From positions 388,979 through 452,978 of the forward strand of contig NMRA01000126.1 of the NCBI GenBank assembly GCA_002633005.1: 64,000 nucleotides of DNA. The letters run 5' to 3'. This DNA comes from Phoronis australis. Taxonomy: Eukaryota; Animalia; Phoronida. The notes under the pieces were generated by a model that worked only from the letters and a program-made list of their open reading frames with translations, searched no databases and had not been told where the DNA came from. Below are positions 1 through 12,434 of the stretch, piece after piece; position 1 is the first letter of the stretch, and each line of letters opens with the position of its first letter. Both the position numbers and the translations under genes were made by a program.

Positions 1-133
1 GTTAATAAATGTGACGTCTTCAGTCTTGACATATTTTGAACACTACTAACAACTACACACAGACCTCATACAAGTGCATGCTCAATAACAAAGGTGAGAG
101 ACACATTACAGCCAAACTACACCACCCTCTTAC

Positions 134-303
134 TTGAGTTTCCATTTTCTTGACATAGTTTGCAGGGAAAATTCCTGATTTGTCACCCAATGTGCCTGAC
201 CACCAATCACCTTCCTGCTTCGTAACAGTGATTATGTCCCCTTGATTAAAGCTGAGGTCACCGGGTTCAGCAGACAAATACTTGTACATGCCAACGAAAT
301 ATT
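134..303 (-). CDS. ITSN1: Intersectin exon, SH3C domain (EYFVGMYKYLSAEPGDLSFNQGDII...GDWW...GIFPANYVKK)
   Basis: Canonical SH3 motifs; AG acceptor at 304-305 and GTAAGA donor; phase 1 start fits the preceding exon. Confidence 0.93.
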
Positions 304-339
304 CTGGAAGAACAGCCATACAAATAAAAAAATTTGGCA

Positions 340-1900
340 AGTCTCTTGCGTAATAAGTAAGGCAAAACTGTTTCATTACTTCCTCACCCTGAGCATCAAG
401 AGAAAGACACGGCAGATTTGTAATTTGTTTAAACTTTTTTTAAAAGACTGGATAACCCCTTCAGTGAGTCCACTGATTTCAAAGTGGGTCAAGTTAGAAA
501 ATCTCATTTATCAACCGCCCTGGTACATCTCCTCAATCAGAATTGGCAAAAAGTCAGTATTTTATAAGTCATGGAACAATAGAGGAGTAAGATTTGTATA
601 TGATATAATGGATAATGATGATTATGATGCTTTTTTGTAAAAAGTTTTCATTTAGACCTATGATAACAACTTTTTATGGACTTAGGAAACCAATACTGTA
701 GCCCAGAGTTGTGCTAAGACAACCATATTATCCTGAAGTGCTAAATCAGATAACAAAAATAAGAAAGGGTGTAGATCAATGTATGATATATTTATTCGTA
801 ATATGAGGATAAAACCGATATCACAGGATAAATGGATTTCTGAGATGAGTAATGAATTAACTATGTGTTGGAAAACAGAGTGTACTTAAATGTTCTAAGA
901 TGTTAAATTGAGATGGTTTCAGTATCAACTAGTTCATAGAATATTATGTACCAATTGATATCTTTACAAAATATGCATCTTGGATTGTTCAGCTTGTGCA
1001 TTTTGTACTAAAGCCCCAGAAACTTTCATGCACTTATTTGTACATTGTAACTACACCACAACCTTCTGGGAAGACACTTTGATAGCGATGGGACAATAAT
1101 GAACGCTAAGACACTTTGATAGCGATGGGACAATAATGAACGCTAAGACACTTTGATAGCGATGGGACAATAATGAACGCTAAGACACTTTGATAGCAAT
1201 GGGACAATAATGAACGCTAAGACACTTTGATAGCAATGGGACAATAATGAACGCTAAGACACTTTGATAGCAATGGGACAATAATGAACGCTAAGACACT
1301 TTGATAGCAATGGGACAATAATGAACGCTAAGACACTTTGATAGCAATGGGACAATAATGAACGCTAAGACACTTTGATAGCAATGGGACAATAATGAAC
1401 GCTAAGACACTTTGATAGCGATGGGACAATAATGAACGCTAAGACACTTTGATAGCGATGGGACAATAATGAACGCTAAGACACTTTGATAGCGATGGGA
1501 CAATAATGAACGCTAAGACACTTTGATAGCGATGGGACAATAATGAACGCTAAGACACTTTGATAGCGATGGGACAATAATGAACGCTAAGACACTTTGA
1601 TAGCGATGGGACAATAATGAACGCTAAGACACTTTGATAGCGATGGGACAATAATGAACGCTAAGACACTTTGATAGCGATGGGACAATAATGAACGCTA
1701 AGACACTTTGATAGCGATGGGACAATAATGAACGCTAAGACACTTTGATAGCGATGGGACAATAATGAACGCTAAGACACTTTGATAGCGATGGGACAAT
1801 AATGAACGCTAAGACACTTTTGATAGCGATGAGACAATAATGAACGCTAATGTTCATTTTGGAATCAACAACACATATTCATCTACAATAAATATTTTAA
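340..1900 (+). mobile_element. Degenerate L1/Tx1-clade LINE ORF2 3' fragment, interrupted by a minisatellite
   Basis: IRIGKKSVFYKSWNNRGVRFVYDIM, then KLRWFQYQLVHRILCTN and CAFCTKAPETFMHLFVHC...FW (zf-RVT-type CCHC); stops and frameshifts. Confidence 0.8.
1071..1850. repeat. 37-bp minisatellite, about 21 copies (AAGACACTTTGATAGC[G/A]ATGGGACAATAATGAACGCT)
   Basis: Head-to-tail near-identical units with no spacers. Confidence 0.97.
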
Positions 1901-2240
1901 AAAAAGTTAGAAATATCAACAAAAACAACATATTGATGATTAAATTATGAAGAGTATGATGAACAAAGAACTATATGCATGAATAATCAAGTTAAAAGAA
2001 GATTACAAAAACAAAAAAGTTAAAAGGAAATAGACAATTATTATTAGAAATTAAGAAGTAAACAAAGCAGATGACAATCAGCCAAAGAATTCTCCTGCAG
2101 CAAAATTTCAGATTTTTTGGTTTCACCGACTACTTGAAGCAGGCTGTTTTACAACAGCCTCAAATCCACTTCCAGAAAAGCAAATATCAACACTGCCAAA
2201 CAGGGCAATCAACTCGTGCCCTTCCCTGTCACTCACATAC

Positions 2241-2409
2241 CTCCCTGTGTCTCCTGATTATCCAAAGCAGGTGAGGCACGCGCTGCTGGTGACTCAATCA
2301 CGTCTGATTGCACAACGACCGACGGCTGGACACTAACTGCAAGTACCTCACCAGACGAACGCTGAGATGAAGAGACTAGTTTCACATATGACTTAGGGAA
2401 CCATCCGAT
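2241..2409 (-). CDS. ITSN1: Intersectin exon, end of SH3B (IGWFPKSYVKLV) plus SH3B-SH3C linker
   Basis: Manual translation: GWFPKSYVK matches ITSN SH3B; frame stays open to G|GTATGT (phase 1); alternative internal donor GTGAGG at 2351. Confidence 0.85.
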
Positions 2410-2726
2410 CTAGAAGACAAGAGATGTGAACAGTCAGTCTTGAACACAAACGGCGACAATTCTCTTTCAAATCCTTCGCATAGCTCTAATGCATCCAAAA
2501 ATACTTCTTAATATGCACTGGCAACAGAAGTCTAGGTGCAAAGTGAATTGTAGAGCCTTTAAAGAAATGAAAATGCACACAGTCAGAAAATCATACTATG
2601 GTACGGAAAGTTTCGAGACACATTATGGGCAGTGAAGAACCACGCCAACTTTGCAACTTGCACTTTCATGAGTCAACAAGGAAATATCCCTTTCAGAAAG
2701 CTATGAACAAGACACAGTGTTAGTAC

Positions 2727-2873
2727 CTTTCCGTCGAGCTCTCCAGACCACCAGATGTCTTGCTGCTCCTTCACATTGATGATGTCACCCTTGGTGAAGG
2801 ATAGGTGGTTGTCTTTCTTTGCCTTCCATGGATACAGAGCCTGGGCCTGCAGACCCTCAGGAGCACTCTCACC
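2727..2873 (-). CDS. ITSN1: Intersectin exon, SH3B N-terminal part ([26 protein letters not shown]...WWSGELDGK)
   Basis: Very close to vertebrate ITSN1 SH3B ([19 protein letters not shown]); AG/GT borders, phase 0-0. Confidence 0.95.
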
Positions 2874-4377
2874 CTGCAAAAGGTGTATCATCAAATTATT
2901 ACATTCCATTTTAAAATTTGAGTACAAACTGGACACCTCTTAGTTATTTCTTTTCTACATGCCCACAGTACATCTTATGGCTGTATTCATTTATTGTCAC
3001 TCAGTTCAATTTCATATCATTGTCTAAATCAACACAGAACTCTCAACAGCCAGTCTCTTTTCACGAGTATGAAAACACAGACTTGTGAAGCACCCACTGG
3101 GCCATGTTTGAAACTTAGAACTCAAAACACTTCCTCCCCATCATAGTAAGCATGCCTCAAACTCTTGCAAGTATCACACAAATCTTTGTCAATATCAAGC
3201 TTCAGAGCTATGAAGTGAGCAATCTCTTACAGCAACTCCAATACTGGCCACAACAAAAAGAAATTGCCGACACTCCATGCATAGTCTGTACAATACCTCT
3301 TACTTACTGGGAGCTTAATAATACTATAAGGTGTGACTACAGAAGAACATTGCCATGTTTAGATGTAATTAGCGTTGAAAAGTATTATTTTTCTACATGA
3401 CGGGTTAATGTGTTAATGAGGTACAACAGAATCTTTAATGGACTGTAAATTTGTGTGGAATAATACCAACTTGTTCACTATAAAGAAACAAGAAGATTCA
3501 TATTTTTTCGAGATAACCATAACATACGGTTCTGGGCAAAGGTTGTGTAATATAATTACGCGAGACTCCAACTAAACCATACAATGTATTGCAACCCAAC
3601 AAATCTGTAAAATCTTCATACTAAGACCACATAGACACTTGTGAAATTAGTCAACGATAGCTGAACATGCTGTGAAAACAATACGCTGAACTGCGCATGA
3701 ACTAAAGATTGCAAAGGCGTTATCAAAATAAGCTAAATCTAACAGGTGAATTTCTATTACGCGGAATGTAAAATAAGCAAGCCATAAACTACATTAACTT
3801 TAGTTTACTAAACTTACCAATCCAGCCGCCTTTATAAGACAAATGAAAGACAGTAAGCTATTGCCAGAAAAGCAGAAAATAAACTTTCTTGGTGCAAAAA
3901 TATCAACTGAAGGTATTTTATGGAAACTTATGCCACTGCGGACAAAGCTTGAATATGAAAAAATATTATTTGCCAAAAAGCACACTTTGTGTTTCTGCAG
4001 TGACAATGATATCACCAGAATACTATTAACTTCACTCTTTGAACATGTCCTGGTTGGCTTCACATTTCAAACATGTTCTAGTCTGAGTTTGAATATTGAA
4101 TCAGCATCTTGAGATAACGGAAGCTACTGAGACAAAACAGTGATTGTCTTATTTAACAATCATCGAATTACTAGAACACAGTCACATTCTGCAACTATCA
4201 ACACTGGAACACGTAACAATTTTGGAAGTTCTCTGCCAAAAGCAGCATCACATGCCAACATCTCAGAAGGGACAGGCAATACAGTATTGTATTAGTTAAC
4301 ACAAACATGCAGGTACTACCTTGACCAGGGAAACAATTCTGAACTCAGACACCAACTGGTATTTGATACTCAGTTCA

Positions 4378-4887
4378 TAAGGCCTTTTCGTACTGACTTA
4401 ACTCCGATCTAAGCGGAGTGTCGATGTTAACTGCACAGTTAACTAAACTGTTCATACTGGCTTTGGTAGTTAAGGAACATCGAAGTAAATAGCAGATGAT
4501 GCTGTTGTCATCGAAGTAATCGCAAGGTAGCATGTACGCTAAGATTTTTTTCAATGTGACAATTTGGGAACATTTACATGATTGTCCTAACTGACATAAA
4601 ACTTATTTTTAATTCGATTGATTATTCGACCAAAATATAAGTAACTATTAGCGACTACACCACCCTTAAATTGTTGACGATAAAAGTGGCACCTGGCAAT
4701 AACTTCGATGGAATCGAAGTTGACCGTTCATACTGCACCACAGCATAGATGCTGCGCTGTTAAATCCACCTCTTAACTGCGATGTTAATTGGAGCTGTTA
4801 ACTTCGATCCAGGACCAAAGGTAATCGTTCATAATGACAGCAACTCCCCAAACCATCAACGTGTCGATGTTAGTATGAAAGGCCCTA
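4378..4887. mobile_element. Probable PIF/Harbinger-like MITE
   Basis: Imperfect TIRs AGGCCTTTTCGTACTGAC / GTTAGTATGAAAGGCCCT; internal recurring TTCATACTG, CGATGTTA and ATCGAAGT motifs. Confidence 0.5.
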
Positions 4888-5294
4888 TAAACATTCCTGA
4901 GTTTATGGAAATACACATCTTACTGGAACAGGCTTAAGACTTCAATCTTGTAAGCAAAACTAAATTGAATGACATTGATTTTGACCTCATTTGTTAGGTC
5001 AACATATATGTGCATTATAAATTTGAAAACAAGAAAAATGCAGGGCTACAAAATGTATTACGGCCAAGATCAGACAGTATCTGAGTTGCTAGAATTAACC
5101 CAGCCAAGGCTTCGATCATATTCAGAGCTCCAGAAACAAAAAATGGTTGTACAATAGAAACAGGTTTTCACCTTCAGATTGGATGTATATTAATTGTATG
5201 CTCTCGAATTCAAATAAACAATAAAACATTTAAAATTCAGTAACTCGTCACATAGCCAGAACATGATGCTTCAAACAGGTGTACATTGTCTTAC

Positions 5295-5412
5295 CTGACC
5301 AGGTGTGGGAGAGGCAGATGGCACATTTGGTGTGGAAGATATTACAGGAGCAAAAGATGAGCCTATTGATGTGTTCAGTTCAAAGTTTGGCTTGAAGTCA
5401 CTGGCAGGTTCA
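5295..5412 (-). CDS. ITSN1: Intersectin exon, SH3A-SH3B linker (EPASDFKPNFEL...SASPTPGQ)
   Basis: TAG acceptor, GTAAGA donor, open frame phase 2 to 0; ends SPxxGQ directly before the SH3B exon, as in vertebrate ITSN1. Confidence 0.8.
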
Positions 5413-6075
5413 CTACAAGTGAATGGACAAAAATATTAGCCAAAATTGTCTTTTATTTTGCAAAAGTCTAACATTGTAATGCCTATTACTTTTCAAACCA
5501 TTGCCTGATGGTAGAACTTGAACATAGCAAAGCATTGACTTGGTGTAGTCTACATAATTATGAAAAATGAGAATGCATTTCACCCACCTGTACTAAACTG
5601 GTGAAATTTTTCCAGTCGAGTGTATTATTGCTACACATTACAGTGACATGTGGACATCACTCAATTCACTCTTTCCTTTAACACTGTTTTATGCACACTG
5701 CCCCACTACTGGGATGAGTGTTTTTGCCAAGTAAAGCAAACCCAGTTTCATGAATTTGTACATTATATACAGGATTCCGTTCACCACTTTCATAACATGA
5801 AAGCTTCGTTTATTCACAGGATCAGAACTATGCAAAAGCCTGTCTCTCGACAACTGAGGAGTAAAAAATGGCCATGCCATTCATATCTATTAACCAACAC
5901 AAATTCAACTAAGAACACCAATTACCAAGTTAAAACAATAAGACATATAAATTCACGAAATATAAAGATTCGATTTCTATAAACTTCACTACACACACAA
6001 CAATACAGTAATCTATCGATGTACTTTTATTTAGTCTTTACATCCAACTCCACAATCAGGTGATTTTGCACTAAC

Positions 6076-6236
6076 CTATTTGTAACCTTTTCTACTGGCT
6101 CAGTCACTTGCGCTGTTTTGGAAGGTTGCTGGTCGTCAGGCAACAGCTCCACATATTCCACAGGGAAAAATCCTTCCTTTCCGTCCTTGACACCTTTCAT
6201 CCAACCTGGCTCACATCCTGACTGGTCCGTGGTCAC
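6076..6236 (-). CDS. ITSN1: Intersectin exon, SH3A C-terminal half (VTTDQSGCEPGWMKG...GFFPVEYVELL)
   Basis: EPGW and GxFPxxYVE SH3A motifs; AG|GTTAGT donor (phase 2) fits the next exon. Confidence 0.9.
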
Positions 6237-6433
6237 CTGGAGAAGAATTTGGGAACAGAATTAATCTTCAATTTTGTCTAACCTCACTATGGTTCGGTAT
6301 AGGAACAAAAGCTACTCTTGGATTTGAATATCACATGGTACTTGTGTGTTTAAAGACCTGTATGCACTTAGTGGTTAGTCTGCAATGTAACCATCAAATG
6401 GCAATCAATCAACAGCCCATTGCATAGAGCGGA

Positions 6434-6537
6434 CACCCTGCTGTGGTTCTACACCCCGCTGTAGTTCTACACCCCGCTGTAGTTCTACGCCCCGCTGTAG
6501 TTCTACGCCCCGCTGTAGTTCTACACCCTGCTGTAGC
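6434..6537. repeat. 18-bp tandem repeat (ACCCCGCTGTAGTTCTAC), about 5.5 copies
   Basis: Direct inspection. Confidence 0.9.
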
Positions 6538-7464
6538 TCAGTTGCAGCAACTAGTCGACTAATAGTGCAGATACTCCAGTGATGAGAACTTGGGATGACA
6601 CAAGAAAATTATAATATTAAGTTGTCCGGTTTGACAGTGGCAGTCATTCCCTTCCCATAGTTACTCCAAGCTGGTGTTTGTTGTGCCACACCTGTGTACG
6701 CCACCTGGTGCTAACAACCTCTTTGTATGCTTATGAATATCATCTTCCATCTGTGTATTGAGGCAGATGTGGTGAGTAATGCTGGTATTCAGTCTGTTTT
6801 GTGAGAGTGTGCGGACGGGCCCTTGTTTATCGCGGTCACCTAAATTCAATCAGTTACGTCTAAGGAGCAGCCAAGAGCGGACAATCCATGTTGCAGTGAC
6901 TGCTTTCCTTGAGAAGGACTCAACTGTAGCTATTGTTTATACTATGGATCCAGTGCTACTCCTTTTTTAACTGTTATCCTACAAATATGAGCTCTTGTCA
7001 TGGACAGTTCAATAGAAGGCGACTTGGCCAGAAGCAAAGCCCCTGGAGAGCACGACTGAGCACCAGTTTGGACAGCGCCACAACCAGCAGCCTGGCGTCA
7101 GAATTCATGAACTTTGCAGTCTTCAACTGACTAAATGTGTTTCGCATTTTTTGTGAACACATTGTTTTTTGCAGAGCCGCACTTGTCTTACCTTCAGTTG
7201 TCAGTCCAGTTATTAAAAAGAGCCTTCACATGAGACATACCAGTGCACGTTTGGTGATAATTCAGCAGGTTCTTGCTTTGCTTGAAAAGCTACAAACTGT
7301 GGCAATTCGGTTATGGGTATCTTTGACATGTCATGTCCACAACTATGAATTGCATAATGTAGACAGTAGTGTTGTCTTTACTATGGGTTGTCGTGATGAG
7401 TCATTGCAGACAGATCACTACGTGGGAACAGGGCTTTGAGCAAACTTCAGATGAGAGTATTTAT

Positions 7465-9453
7465 AACAAGAGCAACGCGGAGCGTTGAAATGCGCCCACA
7501 ATTGCACCGCATACGGTATCCTTCTAGGGTTGTTTCTTGGTACCATAAAGTGGCCAGTAGAGGGCATACTTTGCAAAATGGAAAGGCATGGTCATTGTCT
7601 CCTCAATAGGCTAGGGGCAAAATGTGAGTAATCTTCATAATACAAGCACATCCTATACACCAGTTGCTTAAAGCACCACAGAAACATAGAATTAAAAACA
7701 AATTTACCAACATACGAGATTAGCACAGCATTAGAATGCCAGAAACAAATTTCTACTTGGAACTTTTCCTTCACAGTCACGAAGTAACACAAAGTATACA
7801 CCTGAAGACCTATGAAAATACAGAGGTCAATGTAAAATACTAAAATTGCCACTAGAGGCAAATACTAAAATTGCCACTAGAGGCATACCGGTAATCAGAA
7901 TCATCCTAAAGTCGTCATCGTCCGTTGTCAACATCACATAAATACACTTGCTAAATTTAGTAAAGATCCTGCAAACGGTTTGGGAGATACAGCCATGGGC
8001 GCAAAAAAACAAAACTGCCACTAGGAGGCGCCACAGTAGTCCAAATCGTCTGAAAATCATTGTCAGCTGTCTTCCTTATAGTAAGCACATACACGCCAAT
8101 TTTCACAATCATCCTTTGAGCGGTTTGGTTGATAGAGGGGTGGACGCAAAAATACAGACTCGAAAACAGTAAAAATGGCCACTAGGTGGCGCAAACTACG
8201 TCGAATCCATCTGAAAACAGTAGGATAGCGTCATCTCACTAATAGGTGCCTACATACCAAATTTCATGAAAATCCGTTCAATACTTTTGAAGATACAAAG
8301 GTAAGCGTAAAAAACTAAAATTGCCACTAGGGGGCACACCGGTAGTCGGATCCGACCAAAAGTCGTCATCTTCCGTTGTTAACATCATATAAATATACTT
8401 ACACAATTTGTAAAGATCCTGCGAACGGTTTAGGAGATACAGCCATAGGCGCAAAAAAACAAAACTGCCACTAGGAGGCGCCACAGTAGTCGAAATCGTC
8501 GGAAAATCATCGTCAACCATCCTCTACATAGTAAGCATATACATGCCAATTTTCACAATCATCCTTTGAGCGGTTTGGTTGATAGAGGGGTGGACGCACA
8601 AAAACAGACTCGAAAACACTAAAAATGGCCACTAGGTGGCGCAAACTATGTCGAATCCATCTGAAAACGGGAGGATAGCGTCATCTCACTAATAGGTGCC
8701 TACATACCAAATTTCATGAAAATCCAATAAGGACTTGTGAAGATACAAAGGTAAGCGTAAAAAAATTAAAATTGCCACTAGGGGGCACACCGGTAGTCGG
8801 ATCCGTCCAAAAGTCGTCATCTTCCGTTGTTAACATCATATAAATATACTTACACAATTTCGTAAAGATCCTGCGAACGGTTTAGGAGATACAGCCATAG
8901 GCGCAAAAAAAACAAAACTGCCACTAGGAGGCGCCACAGTAGTCGAAATCGTCGGAAAATCATCGTCAACCGTCCTCTACATAGTAAGCACATACATGCC
9001 AATTTTCACAATCATCCTTTGAGCGGTTTGGTTGATAGAGGGGTGGAAGCACAAAAACAGACTCGAAAACACTAAAAATGGCCACTAGGTGGCGCAAACT
9101 ATGTCGAATCCATCCGAAAACGGCAGGATAGCGTCATCTCACTACTAGGTGCCTACATACCAAATTTCATGAAAATCCGTTCAGGACTTTTGAAGATACA
9201 AAGGTAAGCGTAAAAAACTAAAATTGCCACTAGGGGGCACACCGGTAGTCGGATCCGTCCGAAAGTTCGCACATGCCGTCCCATTCATGAATGGAACATA
9301 TGTGCCAAATTTCATGAACGTATGTCAAAGGGTTTTGGAGATAGAGCAGCGGACGCCGGACGCCAGACGCCGGACGGACGCCGCCCGGACGGACGGACGG
9401 ACGGACAGAGATGACGGCATAATGCGTCCACATATAAATATGTGGGCGCATAA
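7465..9453 (+). mobile_element. Helentron-associated (HINE/DINE-1/pearl-like) non-autonomous element with internal ~451-bp x3 tandem array
   Basis: Starts AACAAGAG; array of ~150-bp subunits in a 3-mer higher-order repeat (starts ~7867, 8318, 8769, 9221); (GGAC)n microsatellite; terminal hairpin CCACATAT-AA-ATATGTGG then GCGCATAA. Confidence 0.75.
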
Positions 9454-9495
9454 TAAAAGCACACTATGTGCGAATATTTTTTGCAGTATACTCAC

Positions 9496-9608
9496 CAAAA
9501 CTACATCACCAGGCACTAAAGTAATCTCATCGAAGTTTCGAGCATCAAACTGGAACAAGGCTTTATAGTTTTTGCCGTCTGTATTTTTGCCCGTTGGTTG
9601 TGTCATGG
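9496..9608 (-). CDS. ITSN1: Intersectin exon, SH3A N-terminal half (YKALFQFDARNFDEITLVPGDVVL)
   Basis: SH3 ALYxF...DEIT..GD motif; CAG acceptor, GTGAGT donor. Confidence 0.92.
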
Positions 9609-10368
9609 CTGTAGAAACAAGACATGCAAAACATTAAGGGACAGAGAAGGAATTCTCCAAGAGAATCACATATTTGTACTTAACCCTTATCCTGCTGAGC
9701 CTCTATTCAGACTACTTTCCCTGTGTGCTGAGCTAAGTAGGTTACCACTACTGCTGTACACTAACCTGTTGTGGAGGTCACCCAGACTAATGAACTAGCA
9801 ATTTTAAATTGGAAATTTGAAGGGGAAATATTAAATTAACAGACAAGAAGCCAATATAAAACTTGTGCAGAATTTAATGGAGATTTTCACCATGTGTAAG
9901 TCTTTACCATAGCCTTGGTGAAAGTAAACTGATCCACTGTCATCCTTTCCCGTATGGCTCCAGCCATATCATGGAACTATGTGTCTACACTTACATAAAC
10001 CTGCCAATATCTCCCAAACTAGTAATCACAGCCATGTGGTTTAAATTGGAGAACTGTAGAGGAAACTATGAAGTATGGAATGCTCATGGTCTCATATCTA
10101 AACAACATTCCAGGGCTCTTACAATTTCTGAACGAAAATCACAAATGTCCTGGGGTGAGTGCACTCTCCTTGCGCAGCCCAGCTGTAACTTATTATAGTT
10201 GATTGAGTTCGCCCAACGCATTTTAATAGGACAATTGATATGTCGGCTGACCTCGCCTAGCGCAGGAAAAGGGTTAAACAACATTACAAAATTTACCAAT
10301 CCATGACCAATATGAAAACCAATTTTCTGGCATTAACAAGCCAAACCTAAGCAAATCAATGCAGGCAC

Positions 10369-10590
10369 CTTTTGCAGGCGTACTACTGGAAAAATCCGTT
10401 GCCCATGAGTCTCCTGTGGCCGTACTTGCAAAGTCATCACCCCAAACATTATCAGCCGCCTGTTGCCCCCCTCCACCAGTACTACTACTGAATGCGCTGC
10501 TCCAGGCATCGTTGACGCCATTTTGTATAGTTGGTTTCAGGTCAAACCCGGAGAAGAGGTCTTGTTCTTTTTGTTTCCTAGCTTCTTCAT
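10369..10590 (-). CDS. ITSN1: Intersectin exon, linker between coiled coil and SH3A (DEEARKQKEQDLFSGF...AWSSAF...VWGDDF...SWATDF...PAK)
   Basis: 222-nt open frame, phase 1-1, compatible with both neighbours; CAG acceptor, weaker GTGCCT donor. Confidence 0.75.
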
Positions 10591-10784
10591 CTGTGTGGAC
10601 AATAAGGTCACATGGAGTTCATTACCATAGACACAATCAACCCAGAAAGTGAGAGAGTGAGAAATCTATGTACAGAACAAAAAACAACTTTTTTTAATTT
10701 GGGTCATTCACTGCTATAACATTGGTCTTATTATATTCCACCCTCAGGCTGGAGATGATTTCTAGGCTTGATATGAACTGACAG

Positions 10785-11289
10785 CAGGGCTTGGAATGAC
10801 CAATGACAAAAAACGCGGAAACTTATACGGCCGAAAACATGCGCGCTACCCAGCCTTGAAATAGTCGATGTGAACCTTTCGGCGACAAATCGGTAGGACT
10901 AAAAAAAAAAAAAAAACGTTACCACCATCAGTAGCATGCGTCTGCATCCTTTTATCTCATCCATCCACTCCTCCCCTCCCACACATTTTTGGCTGCAGAG
11001 CCGTAGTATTTGTCACCGCGGTTTACAATCACACGAGACGCCATTGAAAATCCTACCACGCTATCCCAGATGCCTCGGCAATGTTGACAATTTACGTTCC
11101 TCCGAAACATAAAGAGCAACTTCCGCTTTTCGAGGTGAACGTCGTCGGCAACGCCGCAGTAAGAATGGAATTTGCCACGGAAATTTTATATCAAATCCGA
11201 TTTTTTTACGCAGAAATATAATAAAATGCGCGGACAGAACATTTGAAAAAAGCGGAAATTCGCGTTTCCGCGGAAAATTCCAAGCCCTG
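10785..11289. mobile_element. hAT-like MITE
   Basis: Perfect 13-bp TIR CAGGGCTTGGAAT/ATTCCAAGCCCTG; TGACAG repeated on both flanks; subterminal CGCGGAAA motifs. Confidence 0.75.
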
Positions 11290-11662
11290 TGACAGGTCAC
11301 ATTCCTTCACACTAAGACCATTAATTTACTTGTCATGGCGGGTTAGGTTCAATCGCCATGGCAGTATGGCCATCTGTGGAATTCCAGGCAATCTAAGCAA
11401 AAGATAACAAGATGGCATTTCTTCGGAAGAAAATTGGCGTTTAAACACTAAAAACTGGACCGTAGCAGCTTCAAGTTACTTCAAACAAGTTTCACACAAT
11501 TCTATCAAGTACAGCAGCACTGTAAGAACTTTGTCACGATTGTTGTGACATTCACTTGGAGAAGAAGTACAACAGTAACTGGAGACGTATTTTAGGTGTT
11601 ACTGACAATGAATGTCAAAAAAGATTGGTTTATAGAATGCACTCAGTATACAATGTATGCAC

Positions 11663-11753
11663 AAACCTTTGTAGTGGCTAGTTTATAAACCCCCTTTCCA
11701 CTACAAAACCTTTGTAGTGGCTAGTTTATAAACCCCCTTTCCACCACAAAACC
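11663..11753. repeat. ~43-bp tandem duplication
   Basis: AAACCTTTGTAGTGGCTAGTTTATAAACCCCCTTTCCAC occurs twice. Confidence 0.9.
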
Positions 11754-12434
11754 CAAGATTTAGATCACTTACAGTTATGTAATTGATCTCAAACTGTTCA
11801 TTTTAGTCAAATTAGAGGTGACTTGAGGTCTTTGCAATACCAACTTTGACTTGACTCGTCACGGCGTGCCATTTCATGCGACGAGCATAGTCTCAAGGAA
11901 TAACCAAGTGTCAGTTCTATGTAAACCAAGAAATCACTTCTCATTTGAGCAAGGAACAAGTTGGACCCAACTTTATAGTGGTATGTGGTCTAAATACAAT
12001 TAGTTCTCTTCTTGAAAAGAATGCATGCTTATAACGGCCAGTTAAAAAACATAACACCTCAACAGGATTTGAATGAACAATTACTAAATAAATTTAGATG
12101 ACAAAATTTTGCTAACACTAAGAATGCTATTCCATCGGCTAAACACAATCTCGAAACTTATCTACATCCACGGGTCTCTTGAACTCTAACATAATTTATG
12201 TACTAAGTTCTACCAAGCTCAAAACATTTGAACACTAGGTCAGTTTGAAAGCATAAATTAAGCAAAAGTTAATTCTTGGATTTACAAATTTAATGAGACA
12301 TATGTAGTTTAATGCAGGTCTCTGTGACATGTACACCTATGTTAACAGCAGGTTCGTTTAACAATACGCTCAAGAAAACCTAATGAGCAAGACACTCATG
12401 ACTGTACCATACCAGAAGCAGAAGAAACATTCAC

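Noticed and set aside
1071-1850. 37-bp repeats as a CRISPR array
   Set aside because: Units are contiguous with no unique spacers, there are no cas genes, and the context is a eukaryotic intron
6560-7440. Cluster of short ORFs suggesting a decayed transposase
   Set aside because: No recognisable motif in any frame I read
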